From: Eledone cirrhosa
Taxonomy: Eukaryota
Assembly (NCBI GenBank): GCA_964016885.1
Contig: OZ024742.1
Coordinates: 270,258,001-270,322,000 of the forward strand
Direction: 5' to 3'
DNA length: 64,000 nucleotides
The notes below the pieces were generated by a model. The model made no database searches. It was not told where the DNA came from and was given only the letters and a program-made list of their open reading frames with translations. The translations under genes were made by a program, and so were the position numbers. Of this stretch, positions 41,371 to 55,124 are shown one piece after another; the first letter of the stretch is position 1, and the number at the start of each line of letters is the position of its first letter.

Positions 41371-44071
41371 TTTTTACGTACATACGTACATGCATTCATA
41401 CATACATACATGCATTCATACATATGATGGATTGATGTATAGCCCTACGTCCGACATGATTGTTTATATGTCCTCATGATAGATCATGATATTTCGAATA
41501 AGTAAGTTGTCTACATAGAATTCCATTTATGAAATCGAAGACATTTTAGGATTATTTTGTGAAATACAGAAGCCATATATTATCCCCTTTTTTCTAACAT
41601 CCATTGCATAAAATACTTAAAGTAAAGAGTATCGTTATAATACGAATTAGTTTAATATTCCACTGCATTAATTAATATCACAAATGTTATTCATTCAGAA
41701 GGATGACAAATATTAAATCAAAGTTAATCTGATTCTGATTGATGTTATTTAAGGCATTTGTCCCCGTTATGTTTAGGTAAAATAGAAAATCTTCATCACT
41801 GTCTGGCTGTGTTTTGTACGTATCCCATAATCATGAGGGTACGAATGCAAACAAATTCAACATCAGCACAAATTGCAAATTGCATACAAATAATTTTCGT
41901 ATTTAATATGTGTCAGTACACATAACGAGTACGCTGACAGGCTTCCGTGGGAGGACTAGTGTCTCAGTTTTTATAGCAAAAGACTTACATTCCTCTCATG
42001 CCCTCGACAGCCAAAAATAAATCCGTTTGATAAATTCATCCTGACATTGTATTCATATTCTTGAAGGAATATACGTATAACAGCAATTATAATGGATATT
42101 GGTCAAGATGAATGAGACTCATATCTGATGAAATACGTATTACGTATATCTGACACATGAAGTGAAATGCTTTGTTTAGGACATCATTTCTCTATAAATC
42201 TATTTGAATAAACCAGAACGGCGCCAACCAGAGGACAGCAAACACGACCGGCTTATGTGTTAGGATTAGGAGCTAAAATCAAATAATAGGTAAAACATTT
42301 ATACCTGAATATCATTGTGAATATGTGTCGTGAGTTGCCCCGGCTCTCTGCACCAGTTATTTTGATTTCATTGTTTCGATGTCGATGAAATATTTACCAG
42401 TCCAATACAGGGGTCAATTCTTCCCATATGACTCTTTCACTCCTCCATTTTCTGTGAGTATAGTTGTTTCTCACGTTCTGTATTTCATCCTCTCACTCTT
42501 TCTCTGGAATTATAATTGTTTTCTCACACAGTATCCTTCTTCTCTCACACATTCTATGGAAGGAAACGGCTGTTTAATCCTGCAGAGAAGATTGGTTCCA
42601 CTAGTTTTAGAGACAACGATGAAAAGGAAGCATTCCCAACAACTTATATGGCCCCCTTCGAATAAATAAAATTATTAACCATATGTAAATTATTGAAAAC
42701 AGAAGTAATCCAAATCCGTTGAAATTGTCTATATTAATGGGTATATCACTACGGCACACCTGCGAATCTAGCAGCCGATAGAGAACGACATATACATCAT
42801 TAACAGGCAGCGTTGTGTAGAATATTCAGGTTATGACGTTTAAATCTGTAAAGAAATTATGACAAATTATGAAATGAAATGTCATTGGCAAGTATTACGC
42901 AACACCTCGAAGAAACACACCTGTAGAAGATGACCAGAATGAGTCGGAGTTAATGATTGAAACCAGAAGAATAATTGAAAACACGCGTGTGAACATAGAC
43001 CCACACTCGTTAACTTTCAATTGCTTACTCTTTCCCACTTTCCCTCAAATAAACATGCTCGCAGGCACACACTCAGAAATGCACACACAGTCACTTATTG
43101 AATCGTTAGAGAAAAAAGCGAAATGTTATGTGGTAGGTAACAGCGCTAATTGTTCATTCTAATTTCAAATCGTGCTGCAGTCAGCTATGTCTGTCCTTTC
43201 TCCAGACTTGATAAGATAAATTATCAGTCAGGCAATGCGGTATATTTCTTCTCTTGATCTAATATTCTCTTCCCCGCAAATTCTGGGTCTTGCAATTCAT
43301 TTAAAATCCATTATCATTCCTTAGCCCTAGTTGTTACTGCACGCAGCACTGACTACAATAATTCGAATATTTGCTGTTTACTTTGAATTGTAAGTTATTT
43401 CCCCAATATGGGTTTATGGACTTATACTCTTATTTTCAGTAATTTATGCATAACGCTTTTGGTTTTCCTCGTCTATTTGTCTCAACGTATTTATTATTAC
43501 GAAGGCATGTATTATTTTAGAAATTAGTTCCAGATTTGGATTATCTCTATTTTCAGATATTTTTATTTTGTTACATTTTCCTTTTGAAGGAAATACTATC
43601 ATTCGATCTTAAATTAGATATCTTGTCCATTAGCCATCCTTATATATCTCAGATTATAGGCACTCAACCTTTCTTTGAAAATGTTGCTTCTGCATGTCAA
43701 TACCACCTTTCATCGGGTGGCATTGAATATTTTATACCAGAGGCTCTTTACGTCATATCCAAATATAATTTCCTTTATAGGATTGGCGGGCTAGGGGCGT
43801 ATATTAAACGCTACTTCTAAATTTGTGCATATTCATACTAGTATATTTCGCAACCAACGAAAGATGTTGCAATACATATTATTTTAATACCAAGTACGGC
43901 CCTATCAATTCTTGCCGAATATAAGCCGAAACTACTAGGCACGATTTCCACTTCCATTGTAACCACTAATTCGTCCCCTGCATAGCGTAGTAACCTGATT
44001 TGTGGCTTCCTGGGTATTGATGCAACATACATATTGCTAATACTATCAATCGTTTGTTACTCAAGGTAGAA

Positions 44072-44124
44072 GGAGTAACTTCACGATTGCGAATCCAACT
44101 CTGTGACCACTCGGCCACGCGCCT
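44072..44124 (-). mobile_element. tRNA-SINE head fragment
   Basis: Minus strand aggcgcg-TGGCCGAGTGG-tc A-box. No B-box retained. Confidence 0.5.
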
Positions 44125-44127
44125 TCA

Positions 44128-44452
<325 letters not shown>

Positions 44453-44460
44453 TTAAAATA

Positions 44461-44536
44461 ACAGATTAAAGTTTAAGCAAAGAATCGCTGCTTTCACCCT
44501 TAACGGGATCTTCTGAAACTAACAAAGTCAATCTGT
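44461..44536 (-). ncRNA. Hammerhead-like motif family E with CAGAAGA core (copies 47342-47416 +, 21376-21451 +, 17952-18026 -)
   Basis: Minus strand: acagattga..agttt-CAGAAGA-t ccc gttaa ggg t-GAAA-gca..tgc-TT-aaact..ttaatctgt. Confidence 0.6.
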
Positions 44537-45530
44537 AAACGCAGAAGTGGATATTTCAAAAATCGTTGCAACCGGAGGAAGACAGGAAGACGATACTTTG
44601 GTTCGTGGAAACATTCGCTGGCAAAGAACGGGAAAAAACGAATAAGATACGTCATTAATAGGAGCGGTGAAAAACAATTACGCGCAAAGACAGAACCACG
44701 TTTATGGTATAAAAGAGGTCGTAGACTAATGTTCTCTTAGGTGGTTTATAGAGACGTTCTCTGGGCATGAACGAAAACAACGAAGATAATACGTCATATG
44801 TGGAGCGTGGAGAACAATAGCACGCAAAGACAAAACCACGTAAATGGTATAGCAGAAGTCGTAGACTAAAATTCTAACTAGGAGACCGAATGAATCTCTG
44901 CTACAGAGTGTAGAGAACAAAGTAAATAAATACAATACAGAAGTAATAGAAATAAATAAATACATACACGCACACAAATACGTACATACACAAGCATACG
45001 CAAAACATTTACCATAGGTATACAAAGCCACGCACATACAAATATGTGTGTGTGTGTAAGCGTGTGTCCAAATAAATAAATAATTATATAAACGTATATA
45101 AATAAATAAATACGTGTATAACCAGCGCACACACATACCTACATGTAAATACGCGAATGTTCGGAGACGTAAGTCAACCAAAACATGAAGTACGCATATA
45201 CACACACCCTACATACGTACGAACCTGCATACTCACACAGACGCAAAACTCCCGTGTACACATAGCCAAACCATATGTACCAGAATAGAAAAAAAAATGT
45301 TACGCCATAACATAAACAATCAAATATACGTACGAGAAGGTATACGTAGCTTCACGAAACATACGGGTAATATATACTTACCTATGCAAATAAGTAATGG
45401 TATAAACAAAACATATACTTAGCTCCCACATCAAGACGTAAAGTATCCATGTATAGATCGTACTATCCGTTAGGGTATAACGTGGGGCTGTAATACAGGA
45501 AAGTTTTGTGCAATTTATGTTTACAAGAAC

Positions 45531-46905
45531 GGCATATGTAACAAGGAACATTGCCGTTTTATCCAATTCGACATCAACAATTACTACTCCTCCATCACTT
45601 TATCACTTCTCCTTAGAGCTATCAATTTCGCTAAAACACTCACAGTGGTTAAGGTTTTCGAAGTTGATGTCATCCTCAATGCCCGAAAGTCGGTGATTAA
45701 TTTCGACGACTCTATTTCGATTAAAACATCCAATAGTACCCCATTCGACGTGAGTATGGGCGCCAGTGATTCTGCGGAGGTTACTGATCTTATCGGCCTT
45801 TTCCTTCTTTTCTCTATCAAGGACGAATTCCCCAACGCGGGCGGTGGTTTGTACCGTGACGATGGTCTTTTGACCATGACTAAGTGCGGACCTCGTGCTT
45901 GCGACAGGTTCAGAAAAGAACTCACAGCCTTCTTTAAAGGATTCAACCTCTCTATACAGGTTGAGGCCAATCTCACGGTCGTTAATTACCTTGACGTTAC
46001 CCTCAATTTATTGAATGGGTTGTATTACCCGTATAGAAAGCCGAATGATACGCTTAATTACATAAGTAAGCATTCCAGCCATCCTGCCAGCATAACCAAG
46101 AACCGGGTAAGAAACGTTTCGTTGAGGCTTTCCCATCTTTCCACCAACGAGCGTATTTTCAACGACCATTCCACTTATTACAATGAAGCTCTTGCTCGAA
46201 GTGGATTTGCCGATAAGGTAGCATATACAGAGTACGAAAATAGACCTAGAAGAAATAGATCCCGTCGCATTTGTTGGTATAACCCACCATATAATATGGA
46301 GGTGGCCACACCATTAGCTAAGATGTTTCTTTCCATTATTACGAAGCATTTTCCCCCTACACATAAATATAGTAACATTTTTAATCGAAATACTTTTAAA
46401 ATATCTTACTCTACGACTCTTAACCTTGCACATAACATCACAACTTCAATTTTAGCTAAACTACCTAGCCGTAGGAACACGTGCAACCCTGTATTTAGTA
46501 CTAACTGTAATTGTAGGAATCGGGTTGATTGCCCCCTATCCTGGAAATGTCTCTCTAGTAACATTGTCTACAAATGTAAGGTTGTAACACCCACGTCCCG
46601 TAGGGCCTACATAGGGTTAACCGCCAATAGATTCAACTAGCGTCTTTACACGCATACCCATTCTTTTCGATACCCTCTAAGAAGAAATATGACGTCACTT
46701 TCAACTCGTATCTGGAGTCTTAAAGACCACCACACCCAATATAAGTTACACTGGGAGATCCTAGCTAGGGCTAGATCGTATAACGGAAATAAAAGACCAT
46801 GTGACCTCTGCGCCGCTGAGGCCCTGGAAATACTCTACGCTACAGACTACATCTTAAACAAAAACCTGAGGCAATTTCGGCTTGTAAACATAAATTGCAC
46901 AAACT
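45531..46905 (+). pseudogene. PLE RT and GIY-YIG, 5'-truncated, with a stop at 46638-46640
   Basis: Motifs FIQFDINNYY, FDVSMG, GLYRDDGL, NYLDVTL, WYNPP, CNCR..CPL, NIVY, AYIG, CDLC..E. Confidence 0.92.
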
Positions 46906-47559
46906 TTGCGTGTATGTATGTATTTATTGCTATTACTTTTGTATTTTATTTATTTACTTTGTTCTCTACACTCTGTAGCGGAGATTCATTCGGTCTCCTA
47001 GTTAGAATTTTAGTCTACGACTTCTGCTATACCATTTACGTGGTTTTGTCTTTGCGTGCTATTGTTCTCCACGCTCCACATATGACGTATATCTTCGTTT
47101 TTTTCGTTCATTGCCAGAGAACGTCTCTATGAACCACCTAAGAGAACATTAGTGTACGACCTCTTTTATACCATAGACGTGGTTCTGTCTTTGCGCGTAA
47201 TTGTTTTTCACCGCTCCTATTAATGATGTATCTTATTCGTTTTTTCCCGTTCTTTGCCAGCGAACGTTTCCACGAATCAAAGTATCGTCTAATTGTCTTC
47301 CTCCGGTTGCAACGTTTTTTGAAATATCCACTTCTGCGTATACAGATTGACTTTGTTAGTTTCAGAAGATCCCGTTATGGGTGAAGGCAGCGATTCTTTG
47401 CTTAAACTTTAATCTGTTATTTTAATAAATATTTGCTCTACGGTTCTTATATATTTGATATATATTTATTCTTATCGAGCCCTCTTTGGATTTTAGTCTT
47501 GAAATTTATTATTAATACTATATATATATATAAATATAAATATGTATATATATATATAT

Positions 47560-48525
47560 ATAAATGTAAGTATGTATGTATACGTACATACATATATGTA
47601 TAACGACGCACAGTAGTATGTATATATATACATACATGCACTCATATATATATATATGTACGTATGGGTTTACCGAACATTTATTATAATATTCGGTTTG
47701 TTTGTTTGTAAACAAACAAACAGCCCGAATTACGCCGTACAGTGGTCAGGCAACCATCGTCACCTTTTTGTTAAACACTGACACAGAAACGATGTACTAG
47801 TTTCAAGCTTATTAGCTATCGTCGGTATCGTGTACCTTCCTGCCAGATGATTGAACGTCTGAAAGTATATACTTTCCTTATGCATATTAACGGCTGAGCA
47901 GCCTAATTTGCATATCGAGTGAGTTAGTCGGCCGGGCGCACCGAAAACGATAAATGGAAACGAATGAATCGAAATTTCATTTCTCACTCTTAGTACGGCT
48001 GATACTTAAATGTAAGTATGTATGTATACGTACATACATATATGTATACAGACGCACAATATTATGTATATATATACATACATGCACACATATATATATA
48101 CATATATGTACGTAAGGGTTTACGGAACATTTATTATTGTTTGTAAACAAACAAACATCCCGAATTACGGCGTACAGTGTTCAGGCATCTGGCAGAAAGG
48201 TATACGACGCTGACGATAGCTAATAAACTTGAAACTAGTACATAGTTCCTGTGTCAGTGTTGAACAAAAAGTTGACGATGGTTGATTGAACACTGTACGG
48301 CGTAATTCGGGCTGTTTGTTTGTTTACAAACAAACAAACCGAACATTATAATAAATGTTCAGTAATCCCATACGTACATATATATATATATGTGTGCATG
48401 TATGTATATATATACACACTAATGTGCGTCTGTATACATATATGTATGTACGTATACATACATACTTACATTTAAGTATCAGCCGCACGATGAGTGAGAA
48501 ATGAAATTTTGTTTCATTCTTTTCC
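47560..48525. mobile_element. Foldback cluster of the ~500-bp non-coding HHR family G
   Basis: 47560-48000 lies on the minus strand and 48185-48520 on the plus strand. HHRs at 47789-47831 (-, CCGACGA) and 48204-48246 (+, CTGACGA). Confidence 0.78.
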
Positions 48526-48564
48526 ATATATATATATATATACATACACACACACACACACACA

Positions 48565-48629
<65 letters not shown>

Positions 48630-48668
48630 GATATTAATAAATGGAAACTATATTTATAAAACCATATT

Positions 48669-48733
48669 TATTTCATTATACATATTTCAGGGATACCACA
48701 TTAAATTATGGTATGCCTTCATCAGATAAAATA
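48669..48733 (-). ncRNA. Hammerhead ribozyme family D within PLE 3' fragment 48628-48960
   Basis: Minus strand: tattttat-CTGATGA-aggcatacca..tggtatccct-GAAA-tatgta-TA-atgaaata. Confidence 0.82.
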
Positions 48734-48965
48734 CAATATATAACAGTTTCACAAATAGCTTTGACGTACCCTTTTAAAATACAACCATTACTTTTGGAGG
48801 CTGTCTGGATAGTGATTTGTTTACATTGTTTTAATAAGTCATAGTGTTAAGCACAATTAGAAAAAAGACGTAGAGAAAGAAAAAGAAAAAGACGGAGAGA
48901 GAGAAAAGAACAAGGACGGAGAGAGAGAAAGAAAGAGACAGAAAACCTGGAGAAATATCGGAGAA

Positions 48966-49016
<51 letters not shown>

Positions 49017-49035
49017 TATATAGATATATATAGAT

Positions 49036-49184
<149 letters not shown>

Positions 49185-49558
49185 AGTATGTATGTATACG
49201 TACATACATATATGTACGCATCAGTTTAGCGGACGCTTATTATAGCGCCCGCTTTGTTCGTTTGTAAACAAACTGAACAGGCTGAATTTATGCCGCACGG
49301 TGTTAAGGCAACCACGTCACCTTTTTGTTCAACACTGACACAGGAACGATGTACTAGTTTCAAGCTTGTTAGCTATCATCAACAAGCTTGAAACTAGTAC
49401 ACCGTTCCTGTGTCAGTGTTGAACAAAAAGGTGACGTGGTTGCCTTAACACTGTGCGGCATAAATTCAGGCTGTTCAGTTTGTTTACAAACGAACAAAGC
49501 GGGCGCTATAATAAGCGTCCGCTAAACTGATGCGTACATATATGTATGTGTACCTGTA

Positions 49559-49624
<66 letters not shown>

Positions 49625-49860
49625 TGCTACTGTACGTCTGTATACATATATGTATGTACGTATACATACATACTTACATTTAAGTAAGTGCCGTAATAAG
49701 AGTGAGAAATGAAATTTCGTTTTCATTTTATTACAACTTATCGTTTTCGGTGCGCCTGACAGATTTAACTCACTCGATATGCAAATTAGGCTGCTCAGCC
49801 GTTAATTTTCATAAGGAAAGTATATACTTTCGAACGTTCAACTATCTGGCAGATGGGTAT

Positions 49861-49903
49861 ACGGTGCTGATGATAGCTAACAAGCTTGAAACTAATACAT
49901 CGT
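49861..49903 (+). ncRNA. Minimal hammerhead ribozyme family G
   Basis: acggtg-CTGATGA-t agct aaca agct t-GAAA-cta(a/g)-TA-catcgt. The other copies have the palindrome ACTAGT as stem III. Confidence 0.82.
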
Positions 49904-50060
49904 TCCTGTGTCAGTGTTGAACAAAAAGGTGACGTGGTTGCCTTAACACCGTGCGGCATAAATTCAGGCTGTTCAGTTTGTTTACAAACGAACAAAGCGG
50001 GCGCTATAATAAGCGTCCGCTAAACTGATGCGCACATATATGTATGTGTACCTGTATGTA

Positions 50061-50139
<79 letters not shown>

Positions 50140-50168
50140 AGTGTAATTTTCTACACAAAGCGAAGGTT

Positions 50169-50671
50169 ATAGAGAAAATTGAGGTTGGTAATGGCACATG
50201 GAATATATAAGAGACAGAATACTTTTTGGTGAAAAAACATAATTTTATAAGGTAAGGAAATAATAAAGGGTATAAAAAATGACCGGTTTCGATGGGTCTG
50301 CAAAAGCCATCTTTTCAAATGTTGATTAATATTAAGAAAAATTAATAATACGAAGAGTTAAAATTTGAGACTTGAAAATTCAAGTATAAAATTCATTGTG
50401 GGATTTCATAGCAGTTTTCATCTTGGTAGCAACAACAGGTTGACTGCTGTGTCCCTTTCTGGTAGTGAATGAGAAGTTATTTGGGGTGTGGGTTATTTTA
50501 TAAAGGTCAGATTTAGCAATCGCCAGCTGCTGGTCAGTGAGGAGGTGGAAGCAATATACATACACATATTTTCCTGTGATGGGTAGGAGAGTGGAGCGTG
50601 ATAGAAAGGGATTTAGTGCACATACACCTATATATACACACATACCTTCATCCACACATACATACATATAC

Positions 50672-50712
<41 letters not shown>

Positions 50713-50783
50713 CACACATACATACACACACACATACATATACATACACACATACACACACACACATATATATATATACAAAT

Positions 50784-50856
<73 letters not shown>

Positions 50857-51713
50857 CACACACACACACATATATATATATACATACACACATACAAACA
50901 TACACACACACGCACACACAATACATACATCCACATGCACACACATACACACACACACACATATACACATACATACACCCACACACAGAGAAATGGCCTT
51001 CAAATATATATATATATATATACATACAGACACATATATTTTTTCCATAATATAAGAAGTTGGGGCAGTGAAATTAAAATACAAGTCATTCTGATCACAT
51101 TGAGTTCTTCATGTAGATTGGGCCCCGCAACCGACAGTGGTGAATTCTGTGTGCGCATATATATATATAGATATATGTGTGTGCACATATATATATATAT
51201 GTATATGTATATGTATATGTATGTATGTGTGGATGAAGGTATGTGTGTATATATAGGTGTAAGTGCACTAAATCCCTTTCTATCACGCTCCACTCTCCTA
51301 CCCATCACAGGAAGATATGTGTATGTATATTGCTTCCACCTCCTCACTGACCAGCAGCTGGCGATTGCTAAATCTGACCTTTATAAAATAACCCACACCC
51401 CAAATAACTTCTCATTCACTACCAGAAAGGGACACAGCAGTCAACCTGTTGTTGCTACCAAGATGAAAACTGCTATGAAATCCCACAATGAATTTTATAC
51501 TTGAATTTTCAAGTCTCAAATTTTAACTCTTCGTATTATTAATTTTTCTTAATATTAATCAACATTTGAAAAGATGGCTTTTGCAGACCCATCGAAACCG
51601 GTCATTTTTTATACCCTTTATTATTTCCTTACCTTATAAAATTATGTTTTTTCACCAAAAAGTATTCTGTCTCTTATATATTCCATGTGCCATTACCAAC
51701 CTCAATGTTCTCT
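50169..51713. mobile_element. Non-coding foldback element with about 530-bp inverted arms (HHR family H)
   Basis: 50169-50700 pairs with 51187-51713 almost perfectly. It is inserted in the (TA)n of a family G unit. Confidence 0.85.
51561..51608 (+). ncRNA. Minimal hammerhead ribozyme, U3-A8 variant (family H; inverted copy 50276-50323)
   Basis: aacat-TTGAAAA-gatgg[11 nt]ccatc-GAAA-ccgg-TC-atttt, with palindrome ACCGGT and a GUC site. Confidence 0.75.
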
Positions 51714-51851
51714 CTCTATATATATATATATATGCATGCTACTGTACGTCTGTATACATATATGTATGTACGTATACATACATACCTACATTTAAGTAAG
51801 TGCCGTACTAAGAGTGAGAAATGAAATTTCGTTTTCATTTTATTACAACTC

Positions 51852-51896
<45 letters not shown>

Positions 51897-51949
51897 CATG
51901 GTCGTTCTGTTCGTGGAGCTGAGTGCTGGACGGACCACCGCCCGGTACG

Positions 51950-54118
51950 CGCAAAAGTGAAACTAATCCCTAAACGTAAAATCCGAGCTGCTGTTTTTAC
52001 CCTGCCCAGAATATTGAATGCTGCTCGTCTTATAGATAAACATTGAAAAGGACATTGCGTGAAGAGATGCATGTTGCAGATCTTGGTGAGGATTAACCGA
52101 TCCGTAAACAGTCGGTGTATGATGTAGGCAGGCGTGTTCTGAGATTGCTGCAGAGAAAACACCAAGACTGGTTTAACGATAATTATGAACATATAGAAGA
52201 CTTGTTGACGGATAGGAGGCGTCCTCTGTCACGCTACTTGACAGCAAAACCACAGAAGAACATATTACATAAGGAACTCATGGATGTGAAATCACGCGGA
52301 GTGTTTCTCAGATGAAGGATAAGTGGTGGAGTGAGACGGCTGATGAGATACAAGCTGCATCAGATTCCAATAACACAATGCTCTTGTACATTTTCTTGCG
52401 TGAAGTTTATGGACCATCTTCTCTGGTGACACTGCTTCGCAGCAAGGATGACAAGGAACTTCTTCGTGATTCACAATGAATTCTACGAAGGTCGCGAGAG
52501 CACTTTGATGAACTTTTCAATCAGCCGTATGTCGTCAATGAAGATTTCCTCAATCTCATTCCAGAAAAGCCTGTGAAAGTACCTCTCGCAGAACCACCGA
52601 TGCTTGTGGAGGTTGCAGTAGCTATCTCGAAGTGAACAGTGGAAGATCTCCAGGTATGGATGGCATGCATGCAGAGCTTCTACAACACCTTCTGCAACAT
52701 CTTCACTCTTTGTTTGGCAGTATATGGGCTAGTGAATCCGTACCTGAGGACAGGAGAGATGCAGTAATGGTGGTCTTGGACAAGGGAAAGGGTAACAAGA
52801 TTGATTGTGGAAACTACAGAGGTATATCATTGCTTTCTGTCGTAGGAACATTTTTATGTAGGGTGCTTCTGGACCGTCTGCTGACAGCCATTGCAGATTG
52901 TGTTCTCCCTGAAAGTCAATCAACTTTTCGTGCTGGACGCCGCCCTACTGATATGATCTTCTCAGCTAGACAGCTCCAGGAGAAGTGTATAGAACAAGGT
53001 TTGGATCTGTATCAGGTTTTTGTCGATCTGACAAAAGCTTTCGATACTGTTAACAGAAATGCTTTGGGGAAGGTTGTCCAGAAACTCGGTTGCCCAGATA
53101 AGTTCCTTGCTTTGGTTAGGTCTTTCCTAGACGACATGAAGGTTTGGGTTAATGTCAGATGTAACATGTCGGAGCCTATCTCAGTAAAAAGGGATAGACA
53201 CAGGGGGATATTCCAGCACCGAACCTGTTTGCCATATGCTTTGCAATGGTTTTCTATATTGCATACAGGAATTGCTAGCATGGTGTTTACATCCAATATA
53301 GAATCTCAGGCAGTATATTTAACAACAGGCGCTTTGCTACAAAAACAAAATTATTTACATCAATCATACGAGACCTCTTGTATGCAGATGATTGCGATCT
53401 CGTAGCGCACATAGTGAGTGATATGGAGCACATTTTGAATGCATTTTCTGAAGCTTGCACTGCCCTAGGATTGACTGTAAGTCTCAAGAAAACCGTCGTC
53501 ATGTACTGACCTTCCCCTGGTAAGCAGTACAGTGAGCCAAATATCTATGCGTATGGTAAACGACTTGGAGTGGTTCATCAGTTTGTCTACTTGGGAAGCA
53601 CTATCAATCGATACAGCAACATTGATAATAAAATTCCACTCAGGATTAGGAAAGCAAGTGATGATTTCGGAAAGCTAGAAAGGTGAATCTGGGGTCTGCG
53701 AGACATATGCAAGAAGACAAAGGTAAAGGTGTACAAGGAATGTGTACTTTCTTCTCTTCTTTATGCCTGCGAGACCTGTCCACATATCGATACCACTATA
53801 AACAATTGGAGCGTTTCCATCAGATGTGTCTGAGACGGGCCCATGGCGTGCACTGGAGGCACCACACCAGTGATGTCGATATTTTGGAATGTTCTGTGTG
53901 TGACAATATTAAAGCTTTTGTGCTTAAGCAAAGACTCCGTTGGATCGGTCACCTTACCAGGATGAAGGATTCTAGAATACCAAAACAATTCTTTTATGGA
54001 GAGTTAGTTAAATGAAAACGACACCCACATAAACCCATAAAGAGGTATAAGGTTTTGTTGAAAGCCACTTTGAAAGACGCTAACATCTCTGCTGAAACAT
54101 GGCAAAATGTAGTTCATT
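51950..54118 (+). mobile_element. RTE-clade LINE, 5'-truncated and frameshifted
   Basis: Motifs SPGMDG, CGNYRGISLLS, LPESQ.FR..R..DMIFSARQLQEKC, FVDLTKAFDTV, YADD (tatgcagatgat at 53381), RLRWIGHLTRM..RIPKQ.FYGEL. Confidence 0.92.
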
Positions 54119-54132
54119 AAAAATATATTACA

Positions 54133-55013
54133 CTAGCAGTAAAGCCCGGCGTTGCTCGGGGTCGCTCAGTAGCTGTATTAAAGTTACAATGTTAAGTTTC
54201 TTTTTTGGCTTAAAGTCTGTCTGCACGACTGTCTGTCTGCACGCCTAACGAAATTTACAGATACATATATTTTAAATAAACTTATATAATTCTTTCTTTT
54301 TTTTACGAAATATTTGCTTGTTTTACGTAGTCTTTAAATAGACTTGTTTTCAAGTAAAAATATTGTTTTAAAAGGCTTTTAAATGGAAATGAAGCAAAAC
54401 GGAAGCTTAGTGTTCGAACTGGTGAATTTTGCAGGTCAAAATTTTGCTGGCTCGACAACTGTTCGTGTATTGTGTTAATGTCATTTTAAACGCTGAGAAA
54501 GCCAGCGTAATTTTTTTAATTTTTGCACGCAGAAAATGTAAACAGAACGTAAGACGCTCAATGTAAACAGAACAAAGGGAAATAACTCGTCACTTACGCT
54601 CAAAAATCGATACATTAGATTCGATTTCGTCACATAGGGTGGGTCAATTTGAAATATTTTTTTTCCGATGTCTTCGCTAGGGCTCAATGTACAAGTATAG
54701 CAATTTCGGTGCAATTCCGTCAGAGATTCTAAGAGGAGATGTGTGCCAAAAATCGATAGACAGACAGACAACCACAGCTTTATATATATAGAACAAAGGG
54801 AAATAACTCGTCACTTACGCTCAAAAATCGATACATTAGATTCGATTTCGTCACATAGGGTGGGTCAATTTGAAATATTTTTTTTCCGATGTCTTCGCTA
54901 GGGCTCAATGTACAAGTATAGCAATTTAGGTGCAATTCCGTCAGAGATTCTAAGAGGAGATGTGTGCCAAAAATCGATAGACAGACAGACAACCACAGCT
55001 TTATATATATAGA
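54133..55013 (-). mobile_element. Non-autonomous Helitron
   Basis: The minus strand starts A|TCtatatatataaag and ends with hairpin cccgagcaacgccggg, 8 nt, then CTAG|T. Contains a 221-bp tandem duplication (54569-54789 / 54790-55010). Confidence 0.85.
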
Positions 55014-55124
55014 TAACATATGCATTACTTAAGATCTTGCTCAAAGATGTCATGTCAATGATTGTCTGATGAGAACATTACGTAAGTATTAACAGGACAT
55101 AGATTTTTTGGACAAATAAAAGCT

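Noticed and set aside
43110-43300. Possible old plus-strand SINE
   Set aside because: Resemblance to the SINE family at 10875 is too decayed to set boundaries.
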